Below are positions 45,409-54,029 of a stretch of DNA of 64,000 nucleotides, in pieces; within the stretch, counting starts at the first letter, position 1, and each line of letters starts with the position of its first letter. The notes under the pieces are model-generated. The model was not told the origin of the DNA, made no database searches, and saw nothing but the letters and a program-made list of their open reading frames with translations. Position numbers and translations under genes: made by a program. The stretch spans positions 3,212-67,211 of the forward strand of contig JAZSDC010000004.1 in NCBI GenBank assembly GCA_045530935.1, written 5' to 3'. Origin of the DNA: Candidatus Enterousia sp. Its GTDB lineage: Bacteria > Pseudomonadota > Alphaproteobacteria > Rs-D84.

Positions 45409-45437
45409 CTGTCCAAATAAGATTGGACAGTTTTTTT
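45409..45437 (+). terminator. Rho-independent terminator after the giant gene
   Basis: CTGTCCAA-ATAAGA-TTGGACAG, then T7. Confidence 0.75.
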
Positions 45438-45448
45438 GTTCTAATCGT

Positions 45449-46375
45449 TTAATTTAATATGTAATCAGGATCTGATTTAGCAACCCCGGCATATACACCG
45501 CGATATCCATTTATGTATGATATTTCGAACAGTTGTTCTGTATCAAATTTCATCATTGCCTGGAATACAGCTTGTTCTGTAGAAACCAGGTTGTGGCGCA
45601 GTAAAATTTTTCTGGTTCTTTCAAAGCTGTTATAGAATTTATGAACAATATCTGTTTCCATTAGCATGCTGCATGCTGGAACGTCATAGTCCGCATTTAT
45701 CATGGCGATATCTTTTATGTTTTGGCGCACTAAAGATTCACGTGTTGCATTTTGTATTTTAGGACAGAATTGTTTATATATATCGTATATGAATCTGGGT
45801 ACAAAATTTGGTCGCGTTTTGCCCATTGTTATCGATGTTGTTATGCGTACCCTGCCCTGTGGTTTGGCGGCAATGGTTCCGTTCCAATTGTCCCAAAATG
45901 ATTTATACATTGGGTGAAATGAACCTGCGTCAATCCACATAAAATATTTTGTTTTAAATTTGTTTTCGGACGCTGCCCATTCCATAACAGATGGTTTTGC
46001 GTTGATAACCATCATATAATCAATCCATTGTTCTGGGGTTTTATGATGTAATAAGTACCCGCGATATTTGCGCATGTTATGCAATGTACTTAACCATAAT
46101 TGTCGTTCGGGTATGTGTGGTAATTCCGAAAAATTTATTATTCGCATGTGAACGTATTTGCTTAACTTGTTTGCCTTGATATATTCTGCAGTTTGATAAT
46201 CACACCACAAGGCAACACGTCCAAATGTTTCAATTAATTTTTTTAATGATGGCAAATAGAATTGTTCAAATTTCCGTTCCATATGTTTCAATTTGTCCAA
46301 GTCTTTCTGTGGAATTTGAAACAGCATAGTGCAAAAAGTGATGTCTTTTCGTTTTTTGTCATATGTTATATTCAT
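45449..46375 (-). CDS. Hypothetical protein, possibly HtrL/YibB-like glycosyltransferase-related
   Basis: 308 aa with an AAGGGGG RBS. YFMWIDAGSFH resembles the W.D.G motif I recall from the HtrL_YibB family. The functional call is low confidence. Confidence 0.55.
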   Translation of the reverse strand: MNITYDKKRKDITFCTMLFQIPQKDLDKLKHMERKFEQFYLPSLKKLIETFGRVALWCDYQTAEYIKANKLSKYVHMRIINFSELPHIPERQLWLSTLHNMRKYRGYLLHHKTPEQWIDYMMVINAKPSVMEWAASENKFKTKYFMWIDAGSFHPMYKSFWDNWNGTIAAKPQGRVRITTSITMGKTRPNFVPRFIYDIYKQFCPKIQNATRESLVRQNIKDIAMINADYDVPACSMLMETDIVHKFYNSFERTRKILLRHNLVSTEQAVFQAMMKFDTEQLFEISYINGYRGVYAGVAKSDPDYILN

Positions 46376-46429
46376 ATTGCCCCCTTAATACAAGGGAATT
46401 TTAATCTAAATATAGGAATTAAATCAAGT

Positions 46430-46645
46430 TTATTTCTTACATCCCATCTGTTTGGCAGATGTTAATGCGTGACGTAATGCTTGTTCGGCAATTTGTCGGA
46501 TTTTTGGCGCAAATGTGCGCATGTTCATGGTATCTGCAACAGTGTTGCCAAAAAGTCGTGCAATATACTCTATTTGAGTTGGTGCAATTACGTAAATTTC
46601 ACTGGTTATATTTGATGGATTTAACTGTTGGGTTGGTTCTTGCAT
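46430..46645 (-). CDS. Small hypothetical protein (71 aa)
   Basis: An AAGGGGA RBS lies ~10 nt upstream of the ATG. No recognisable motif. Confidence 0.45.
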   Translation of the reverse strand: MQEPTQQLNPSNITSEIYVIAPTQIEYIARLFGNTVADTMNMRTFAPKIRQIAEQALRHALTSAKQMGCKK

Positions 46646-46738
46646 AGTTATTAATTCCCCTTTTCACACCTATTTTAACATATTTTTTTTATTTTGCACT
46701 TGTTTAATTTATTAAAAGTTATTATATCATAAAGTATC

Positions 46739-46767
46739 TTGACCACAAGCTGCAAAATTGCTATATA
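46739..46767 (+). promoter_or_regulatory. Sigma70-type promoter for secA
   Basis: TTGACC (46739-44) - 17 nt - TATATA (46762-67). An AAGGAAG RBS precedes the ATG at 46793. Confidence 0.45.
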
Positions 46768-46792
46768 TTGCGTGATAAAATAAGGAAGAAGT

Positions 46793-49405
46793 ATGATTAA
46801 AAATGTAATTGGTAAAATATTAGGATCTGCAAATGACAGATTGGTAAAGAGTTATGATAAAACGGTATCATTGATTAATGATTTAGAGCCTAAATATCAT
46901 GCGATGACAGATGAAGAATTGCGCGCACAGACAGATGTGCTGCGTCAGCGTTTGGCAAATGGGGCGCGTGAAAAAGATATTTTGCCAGATGCGTTTGCCT
47001 TGGTGCGCGAAGCGTCTGTGCGTACTATTGGTTTGCGGCATTTTAATGTCCAGATGATTGGTGGTATGGTCTTGACAAATGGGCAGATTGCAGAAATGAA
47101 AACAGGTGAAGGTAAAACGCTGGTCGCAACGTTGGCAATGTATTTAAAGGCATTGTATGGCAAAGGTGCCCACCTGATTACAGTTAATGATTATTTGGCG
47201 TCACGTGACGCAAACTGGATGGGAAATATATATCGTTTCCTGGGGTTAAGTGTTGGTATTATTCAGCATGATATGACGGACGAAGAAAGGCGTAATGCGT
47301 ATGCATGTGATATTACATATGTTACGAATTCTGAGTTGGGGTTTGATTATTTGCGTGATAATATGAAATTTTCAAAGAAACAACAAGTTTTACGTCCGTT
47401 CTTTTATGCAATTGTTGACGAAGTTGACAGTATTTTGATTGATGAAGCGCGTACGCCATTGATTATTTCTGGGCCTGCAGAAGATACAAGTGAACTGTAT
47501 GCCAAGGTTGATGCGGTTGTTGCCCAGTTCACAGATGCAGATTTTAAAAAGGATGAAAAAGATCGTCACGTTACATTGACTGAGGCGGGTGTTGATACTG
47601 CAACACGTTTGCTGAAAGAAGCTGATTTGTTAATTGGTGATAATTTGTATGCGTCTGAAAATGCAGCATTGGTAATGCATATCCAGCAGGCGTTGTTGGC
47701 GCATCATTTATATCAACTGAATGTAAATTATGTTGTTAAGGGCGGGGAAATCTTAATCGTTGATGAATTTACTGGGCGTGTTATGACAGGTCGTCGTTTC
47801 GGCAAGGGGTTACATCAAGCGATTGAGGCCAAAGAACATGTAGAAGTTCAGCCCGAAAATCAAACTGTTTCCAGCATTTCGTATCAGAATTTGTTCAGAT
47901 TGTATCCGACATTATCAGGTATGACGGGTACTGCAATGACAGAGGCTGCAGAATTTGAAGAAATTTATAGTTTGCGCGTGGTTTCAATACCAACAAACCG
48001 CCCCGTGGCGCGTATAGATCATCATGATGAGATTTATCGTAACAAAGAAGAAAAGTATGAGGCTATTTTAAAGCAAATATCGGATTGTGTTTCACGTAAA
48101 CAGCCGGTGTTGGTCGGTACTGTTTCAATTGAAAAATCAGAAGAATTAGCTGAAATTGTACGCGCAAAGCTTGGGATAAAGCCTGCGGTGCTGAATGCCA
48201 AACACCATCAATCTGAAGCAAAGATTGTTGCACAGGCTGGTGCGCCTGGAGCGGTTACAATCGCAACAAATATGGCGGGACGCGGTACAGATATTAAATT
48301 GGGTGGGAATGCAGAAGAACTGATTGCGGAATTGGATGCGTCTGCCCCAGATTTTGAAGAAAAGAAAAAAGAAATATATGACACGATAGAAGCAAATAAA
48401 AAGCTAGTTCTGGATGTTGGGGGATTGTATGTAATTGGTACAGAACGTCATGAGTCGCGTCGTATTGATAATCAGTTGCGTGGTCGTTCAGGGCGTCAAG
48501 GCGATCCGGGGGATTCTAAGTTCTTTTTGTCATTAGATGATGATTTGATGCGTATATTTGGCGCGTCTAGACTGCAGGGTATGTTGACAACATTGGGACT
48601 AAAGCCTGGGGAAGCAATTACGCATCCATGGATTACAAAAGCACTGGAAAAAGCACAAAAGCGCGTTGAAGCACGATATTTTGAAGCGCGTAAAGAATTG
48701 CTGAAATATGATGATGTTGCCAATGAACAGCGTTCAGTTATATACAAACAGCGTGATGATTTGATGAGTGCGGATGATTTATCAGATTTGATGCATGAAA
48801 TGATGGGGGATGTGGTAGAGATTATCTGTGAAAATAATATACCTGAAAAAGTAACGCCTGCAGATTGGAATTTAGATGGTATTAGAAATTCTATGTTGCG
48901 CATGTTTGCGTTGGATATTACAGATATAGATCGTTGGAAAACAGATGAAGGCATAACAGAACGCAAGGCTTATGATGTTTTGTTAAATCTGGCACAGCAA
49001 CGTTACAATCAGCAAATGCATAGATATGGACCAGAATTAATGCATATTGCATCGCGTCAAATGATGTTGGGTGCATTGGATACGGTTTGGAAAAAGCATT
49101 TGCAACAAATGGATTATCTGCAAAGTGCAATTGGATTGCGTGGATATGCCCAGAAAAATCCACTGTATGAATATAAGCGTGAAGCCTTGGATTTGTTTAA
49201 AAATACGGTTATGAACTTTAAAATCTTTTCCGTGTCTTCAATTTGTCGTATGGAATTGACCAGAGAACAGGTTGATGCAACCGAAGCAGAAAGAACAAAG
49301 CATGATCAGGCCTTGAATCAGGCAACGGCAGAGGCGCGCCGTAATGAAGCTTGTCCATGTGGTTCTGGATTAAAGTTTAAACATTGTTGTGGTAAATTGC
49401 ACTAA
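46793..49405 (+). CDS. secA: Preprotein translocase ATPase SecA
   Basis: MKTGEGKTLVATL (Walker A), DEVDSILIDEARTPLIISG, GRSGRQGDPG, and the C-terminal zinc finger CPCGSGLKFKHCCG. Confidence 0.98.
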   Translation: MIKNVIGKILGSANDRLVKSYDKTVSLINDLEPKYHAMTDEELRAQTDVLRQRLANGAREKDILPDAFALVREASVRTIGLRHFNVQMIGGMVLTNGQIAEMKTGEGKTLVATLAMYLKALYGKGAHLITVNDYLASRDANWMGNIYRFLGLSVGIIQHDMTDEERRNAYACDITYVTNSELGFDYLRDNMKFSKKQQVLRPFFYAIVDEVDSILIDEARTPLIISGPAEDTSELYAKVDAVVAQFTDADFKKDEKDRHVTLTEAGVDTATRLLKEADLLIGDNLYASENAALVMHIQQALLAHHLYQLNVNYVVKGGEILIVDEFTGRVMTGRRFGKGLHQAIEAKEHVEVQPENQTVSSISYQNLFRLYPTLSGMTGTAMTEAAEFEEIYSLRVVSIPTNRPVARIDHHDEIYRNKEEKYEAILKQISDCVSRKQPVLVGTVSIEKSEELAEIVRAKLGIKPAVLNAKHHQSEAKIVAQAGAPGAVTIATNMAGRGTDIKLGGNAEELIAELDASAPDFEEKKKEIYDTIEANKKLVLDVGGLYVIGTERHESRRIDNQLRGRSGRQGDPGDSKFFLSLDDDLMRIFGASRLQGMLTTLGLKPGEAITHPWITKALEKAQKRVEARYFEARKELLKYDDVANEQRSVIYKQRDDLMSADDLSDLMHEMMGDVVEIICENNIPEKVTPADWNLDGIRNSMLRMFALDITDIDRWKTDEGITERKAYDVLLNLAQQRYNQQMHRYGPELMHIASRQMMLGALDTVWKKHLQQMDYLQSAIGLRGYAQKNPLYEYKREALDLFKNTVMNFKIFSVSSICRMELTREQVDATEAERTKHDQALNQATAEARRNEACPCGSGLKFKHCCGKLH

Positions 49406-49420
49406 ATTTATAGTGCAATT
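49395..49420 (+). other. Perfect 10-bp hairpin spanning the secA stop codon
   Basis: AATTGCACTA-AATTTA-TAGTGCAATT. No clean T-run follows, so terminator function is uncertain. Confidence 0.35.
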
Positions 49421-49473
49421 TACAGTGTATTTATATTGGTTGTAGTGTTGTTTATGCTAAAGGGAAAGGGGAT

Positions 49474-52400
49474 ATGCAACAGTTTGTTCATTTACGCACT
49501 CATTCGCGTTTTTCTGTTGGGGCCAGTACATTAACTGTAAAGGGGATTCCAGGACTGTGTCAGGGGGCTGGGATGACGGCATGTGCGCTGACAGATACTA
49601 ATTTAATGTCGGGGTGTGCGGAATTTTCAGATGTTATGCCCAAGAATAAACTGCAACCAATTATAGGTGTTGAAATTACATTAAATCATCATAATGCTGA
49701 TCCTAAGATTTTAAGAGCGGGAACATTAAGTAAGATTGTGTTGTTGGCGCAAAATCATCAGGGATATTTAAATCTGTGTGATTTGAACCGGGTGATGTAT
49801 ATGCGTACAGAAAATCATCATTTGGGACCGTACATTTCGTTTGATGAATTGGCAGAATTTAGCGATGGGGTGATTTGTTTATCGGGTGCTCATTTAGGGC
49901 CGGTTGGGATGGCTTTGCTAAATTCTCAGGATGATCAGGCACAAATTTATGCAAAACGTTTGTTGGAAATTTTTGGTAATCGTTTCTATATTGAAATTCA
50001 ACGTCATGGTCTGGAAGACGAGATTAAAACAGAACCTGGATTCCTGAAGATTGCACAGGAATTAAATATTCCAATTGTTGCAACAAATGATGTTTGCTTT
50101 GCATCAGACAAAGATTACGAGCCTGCAGATGCGTTAAGTTGTGTGCTGGGGCAGACCAAGGTAATTGATCCAGAAAGACCGCGTAAATCGTCAGAACAAT
50201 ATTTTAAGTCATATGAAGAAATGGCAGAAATTTTTTCTGATTTACCAGAGGCAATAGAAAACACAGTTGTTATTGCGCAACGTTGTGGGTTTATGGTTAA
50301 TGTGCATGAAAAGCCTTTGTTGCCAAGATTTGGTGATGATTTAGAAACAGAATGTCAAATGTTGCGTGATAATACAATGAATGGATTAAAGCGCAGATTG
50401 GAACAGCATGGTATCACAGATACCGCACCATATTATGAACAGGCTGAATTTGAATTGGGGGTCATTATCGGTATGGGATTCCCAGGTTATTTCTTGATTG
50501 TTGCAGACTATATTGATTGGTGCAGAAACAATGATGTTTTGACCGGCCCAGGGCGTGGTTCGGGCGCTGGATCTATTGTTGCGTGGGCGTTGGGAATTAC
50601 AAATGTTGATCCGTTGAAGTATGGCTTGTTGTTTGAACGTTTCTTGAATCCAGATCGTATATCAATGCCTGATTTTGACGTTGATTTTGAACCAACAGGG
50701 ATTGAGCGCGTTTTATCGTACGTTTGTGATAAGTATGGACATGATTCTGTGTGTCGTATTATTACGTTTGGTTCGTTGCAGGCACGTGGGGCAATTCGCG
50801 ATATTGGGCGTGTGTATGGGATGCCATATTCTAAATCAGATAGATTATCAAAATTAATTCCCCAAGATGCAAAAACATTAAAAGATGCGGTTGGAATGTC
50901 AACCGAAATTCAAGATATTTTGAATAATGATGAAGATTTGAACAAGGTGGTTATGGTCGCAGAGGAGCTGGAAGGGTCATTGCGTAACTTGGGGCAGCAT
51001 GCGTGTGGGGTCGTTATTGGTGACAGACCTACAACAAAAATTGCACCGGTATATCGTGATCCTGCTAACCCATTGCCGTCATGTCAATTTGATGGCAAAT
51101 ACTTGGAAAAATCTGGATTGATTAAGTTTGACTTTTTGGGGTTGGAAACGTTGGTCGTGTTGAAATATGCAACGCGTTTAATTCAACAAACGCGCGGCGT
51201 TAATATTGATTTAGATCAGATACCAACAGATGACCCAAAGACGATGCATTTGTGGCAACAGGGTTTAACAGAAGGTGTGTTTCAATTTGATGCTCCTTTT
51301 GTTCAGCAAACTTTGCGCAAGATGCATCCGACAAATTTCTTGGAAATATCGGCGTTGAATGCATTAAATCGTCCGGGGCCAATCGCGTTTATCCCGCAGT
51401 TTATTGCTCGTATGCATGGTGAAGAAAAAATTGAATATGTGCATCCGCGTGCTGAACCTATTTTAAAGGAATCGTATGGTATTATTGTGTACCAAGAACA
51501 GGTTATGCAGCTGACGCGTGTGTTGGCAGGATTTACACGTGGACAATCTGATAACGTGCGTAAAGCGATGGGGAAAAAGATTATCGCAATGTTGGATGAA
51601 CTGGAAGGTAAATTCTATGAGGGGTGCGAAAAGGAGGGAACGCTGGATCGTGCCACTGCCAAGGATTTATGGGAAAAGTTCAAAGATTTTGCAAAATATG
51701 CATTTAATAAATCTCATGCGATTGCGTATTCTATTGTTGCAAACCAGTGCGCATATCTTAAGGCAAACTTTACGCCAGAGTTTTTGGCGGCTTCTATGTC
51801 CAGTAATCTAAACGATACGGATCAATTGGCAATATTCGTTGATGATGCGAAAACTAATTTTGGAATACAGATTGTTGCGCCGGATATCAATCAAAGTGAA
51901 TCATTGTTTATGGTTCGTGATGGGAAAATTATATATGGTTTGGCGGCGCTGAAAGGGGTTGGAACTGTTGCAACAGATGCGATTGTCGCAGAACGTAATA
52001 CGAATGGAAAATTTAAAAATCTGACTGATTTTGCAAAGCGTTGCGCACCTATTATGAACAAGCGTATATTAGAAGCATTTGCCAAGACAGGTGTGCTGGA
52101 TTCGCTGGAACCAAATCGTGCGTTGATTTATTTGAATGCGGATGCGATTTTATCGTATGCTGCAAAATCTAAAGACGGCGCTAATATGTTGTCTTTGTTT
52201 GAAAACACGGTTGAAGACGATGTTCAAGAAGACAGACTGCGTAAAAATTTACCCAAGACTGAGCCATGGACTTTTGGACAAAAATTAGAGAATGAGTTGT
52301 CTGCATTGGGATTCTATATTTCGGCCCATCCATTGGATCAGTATAAGCATTTAATTGCCAGTGCTAATTTAGCGACCAGCGCAACTTTAGATAAGATGGG

Positions 52401-52881
52401 GGACAGAAAACCGGTACAAATTGCCGCGAATGTAAACAGTTTTGGACGTCGTCGTACCAAAACTGGCAAGGAAATGATTACGATAAATGCATCAGACAGT
52501 CATGGAAATATTGATGCTGTGGCATTTGGGGATGCATCAATTGAATTTGCACAGATTTTAGCCAATGAAAATGTTGTTGTGATTTCAGGCAAGACGTCTA
52601 ATCGTGATGATCGGGTGTCTATTTTTGTTGACTCTATTACTCCATTGAATCAATGGGTTGCAAAAATTGCCAAAAAATTAACATTGGATATACGTGATCA
52701 GGTTGTATTACAAGATGTTAAAAAGGCGTTGGTTGCCCTGCCCCGCGGATATACGCGTGTTGAATTGGTTTTGCATGGTGCGGAAAAAACAGCGACAGTG
52801 GCATTACCTGGGGGGGTTGAATTGGGCGCAACAACAATTTCAGATTTAACGGCGCTGGGGCTAAAGGTGGAGATAGAATAA
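49474..52881 (+). CDS. dnaE: DNA polymerase III alpha subunit
   Basis: PHP domain (FVHLRTHSRFS), GRGSGAGSIVAW, PDFDVDF, and a C-terminal OB region. Confidence 0.98.
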   Translation: MQQFVHLRTHSRFSVGASTLTVKGIPGLCQGAGMTACALTDTNLMSGCAEFSDVMPKNKLQPIIGVEITLNHHNADPKILRAGTLSKIVLLAQNHQGYLNLCDLNRVMYMRTENHHLGPYISFDELAEFSDGVICLSGAHLGPVGMALLNSQDDQAQIYAKRLLEIFGNRFYIEIQRHGLEDEIKTEPGFLKIAQELNIPIVATNDVCFASDKDYEPADALSCVLGQTKVIDPERPRKSSEQYFKSYEEMAEIFSDLPEAIENTVVIAQRCGFMVNVHEKPLLPRFGDDLETECQMLRDNTMNGLKRRLEQHGITDTAPYYEQAEFELGVIIGMGFPGYFLIVADYIDWCRNNDVLTGPGRGSGAGSIVAWALGITNVDPLKYGLLFERFLNPDRISMPDFDVDFEPTGIERVLSYVCDKYGHDSVCRIITFGSLQARGAIRDIGRVYGMPYSKSDRLSKLIPQDAKTLKDAVGMSTEIQDILNNDEDLNKVVMVAEELEGSLRNLGQHACGVVIGDRPTTKIAPVYRDPANPLPSCQFDGKYLEKSGLIKFDFLGLETLVVLKYATRLIQQTRGVNIDLDQIPTDDPKTMHLWQQGLTEGVFQFDAPFVQQTLRKMHPTNFLEISALNALNRPGPIAFIPQFIARMHGEEKIEYVHPRAEPILKESYGIIVYQEQVMQLTRVLAGFTRGQSDNVRKAMGKKIIAMLDELEGKFYEGCEKEGTLDRATAKDLWEKFKDFAKYAFNKSHAIAYSIVANQCAYLKANFTPEFLAASMSSNLNDTDQLAIFVDDAKTNFGIQIVAPDINQSESLFMVRDGKIIYGLAALKGVGTVATDAIVAERNTNGKFKNLTDFAKRCAPIMNKRILEAFAKTGVLDSLEPNRALIYLNADAILSYAAKSKDGANMLSLFENTVEDDVQEDRLRKNLPKTEPWTFGQKLENELSALGFYISAHPLDQYKHLIASANLATSATLDKMGDRKPVQIAANVNSFGRRRTKTGKEMITINASDSHGNIDAVAFGDASIEFAQILANENVVVISGKTSNRDDRVSIFVDSITPLNQWVAKIAKKLTLDIRDQVVLQDVKKALVALPRGYTRVELVLHGAEKTATVALPGGVELGATTISDLTALGLKVEIE

Positions 52882-52882
52882 C

Positions 52883-53728
52883 ATGAAGCATATTCCTGTA
52901 TTATTAGATGCGGTTTTGGGGGCGTTGGGTGATGTCCGTGGAAAAACGGTTATAGATTGTACATTTGGGGCGGGCGGTTATTCGCGTGCATTTCTGGAAC
53001 TTGGTGCGCATGTTATCGCATTTGATAGGGATCCTGGTGTGATTGCAGACGCGAATGTGTTAAAAGATGAATTTACGGACAGTTTTGAATTTATTGCAGC
53101 ACCGTTTTCTGAAATTTCTAAATTGGACAGAATTGTTGATGCAATAGTGTTTGATCTGGGGATTTCTTCGATGCAGATTGATACGGCATCGCGTGGTTTT
53201 TCGTTTCGTATGGATGCGCCATTGGATATGCGTATGGCGCAATGTGGAACGACTGCCCAGGATTTAATCAAAGAAAAATCTGTATCTGAATTGGCAGAAA
53301 TTTTGCACGTGTATGGTGATGTAAAGAAAGCAAATGTGTTGGCACGTGCAATTAAGGAGGCGACACCACAAACGACATTTGAACTTCGTGATTTGATTCA
53401 TAACCCAAAGGATGTTGCGCCTGTGTTTCAGGCATTACGTATTGCGGTTAATGATGAAATGGGTGAAGTGGAACGCGCATTGGGGGCGGTGCCTGGGCTT
53501 TTGCGTGCGGGGGGAATGTGTATTTGTGTAACATTTCATTCCTTAGAAGACAGGATTGTAAAGAATACATTTCGTGAATGGACAACCCCGCCGGGCGATC
53601 CGCGGTTGCCGACGGTGGCGCGTGCGCCATTTGAATTGATACGCGCGGTTGTGCCAACTGTGGTGGAGTTGGAAAATAATCCCCGGGCGCGTTCGGCGCA
53701 TATGCGCGGTGTTATAAAATCGTATTGA
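52883..53728 (+). CDS. rsmH: 16S rRNA (cytosine1402-N4)-methyltransferase RsmH
   Basis: HIPVLLDAVL, DCTFGAGGYS, FDLGISSMQID.ASRGFSF, LDMRM, FHSLEDRIVK. Confidence 0.93.
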   Translation: MKHIPVLLDAVLGALGDVRGKTVIDCTFGAGGYSRAFLELGAHVIAFDRDPGVIADANVLKDEFTDSFEFIAAPFSEISKLDRIVDAIVFDLGISSMQIDTASRGFSFRMDAPLDMRMAQCGTTAQDLIKEKSVSELAEILHVYGDVKKANVLARAIKEATPQTTFELRDLIHNPKDVAPVFQALRIAVNDEMGEVERALGAVPGLLRAGGMCICVTFHSLEDRIVKNTFREWTTPPGDPRLPTVARAPFELIRAVVPTVVELENNPRARSAHMRGVIKSY

Positions 53729-53783
53729 CCACAGGGATATATTTTTTGTACGATGATTTGTGTACAGTATCAAGGATGGAAAT

Positions 53784-54011
53784 ATGGTCAAGCAATGTGA
53801 TTTATTTAGCAAGGATTTTGATGCCGATATGGCGATTGCGTTGATAAATTTATATGCCTTGGAACATTGTGGGGCTGGGGCGGCGGCGTTGATTGATATG
53901 GTGCGGGATATTCGTGAAAATTTATGTCGATATTCGGGCTGTTCTGATGCGGACATCGCCGATGCGTGTGACAGATTTTATAATACGGATATTTTATCTG
54001 GGAAAGTGTGA
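53784..54011 (+). CDS. Small acidic hypothetical protein (75 aa)
   Basis: An AAGGATGG RBS lies 7 nt upstream of the ATG at 53784. No signal peptide, TM segment or FtsL-like features. Confidence 0.4.
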   Translation: MVKQCDLFSKDFDADMAIALINLYALEHCGAGAAALIDMVRDIRENLCRYSGCSDADIADACDRFYNTDILSGKV

Positions 54012-54029
54012 TTTTGCGGTTGATTTGAA

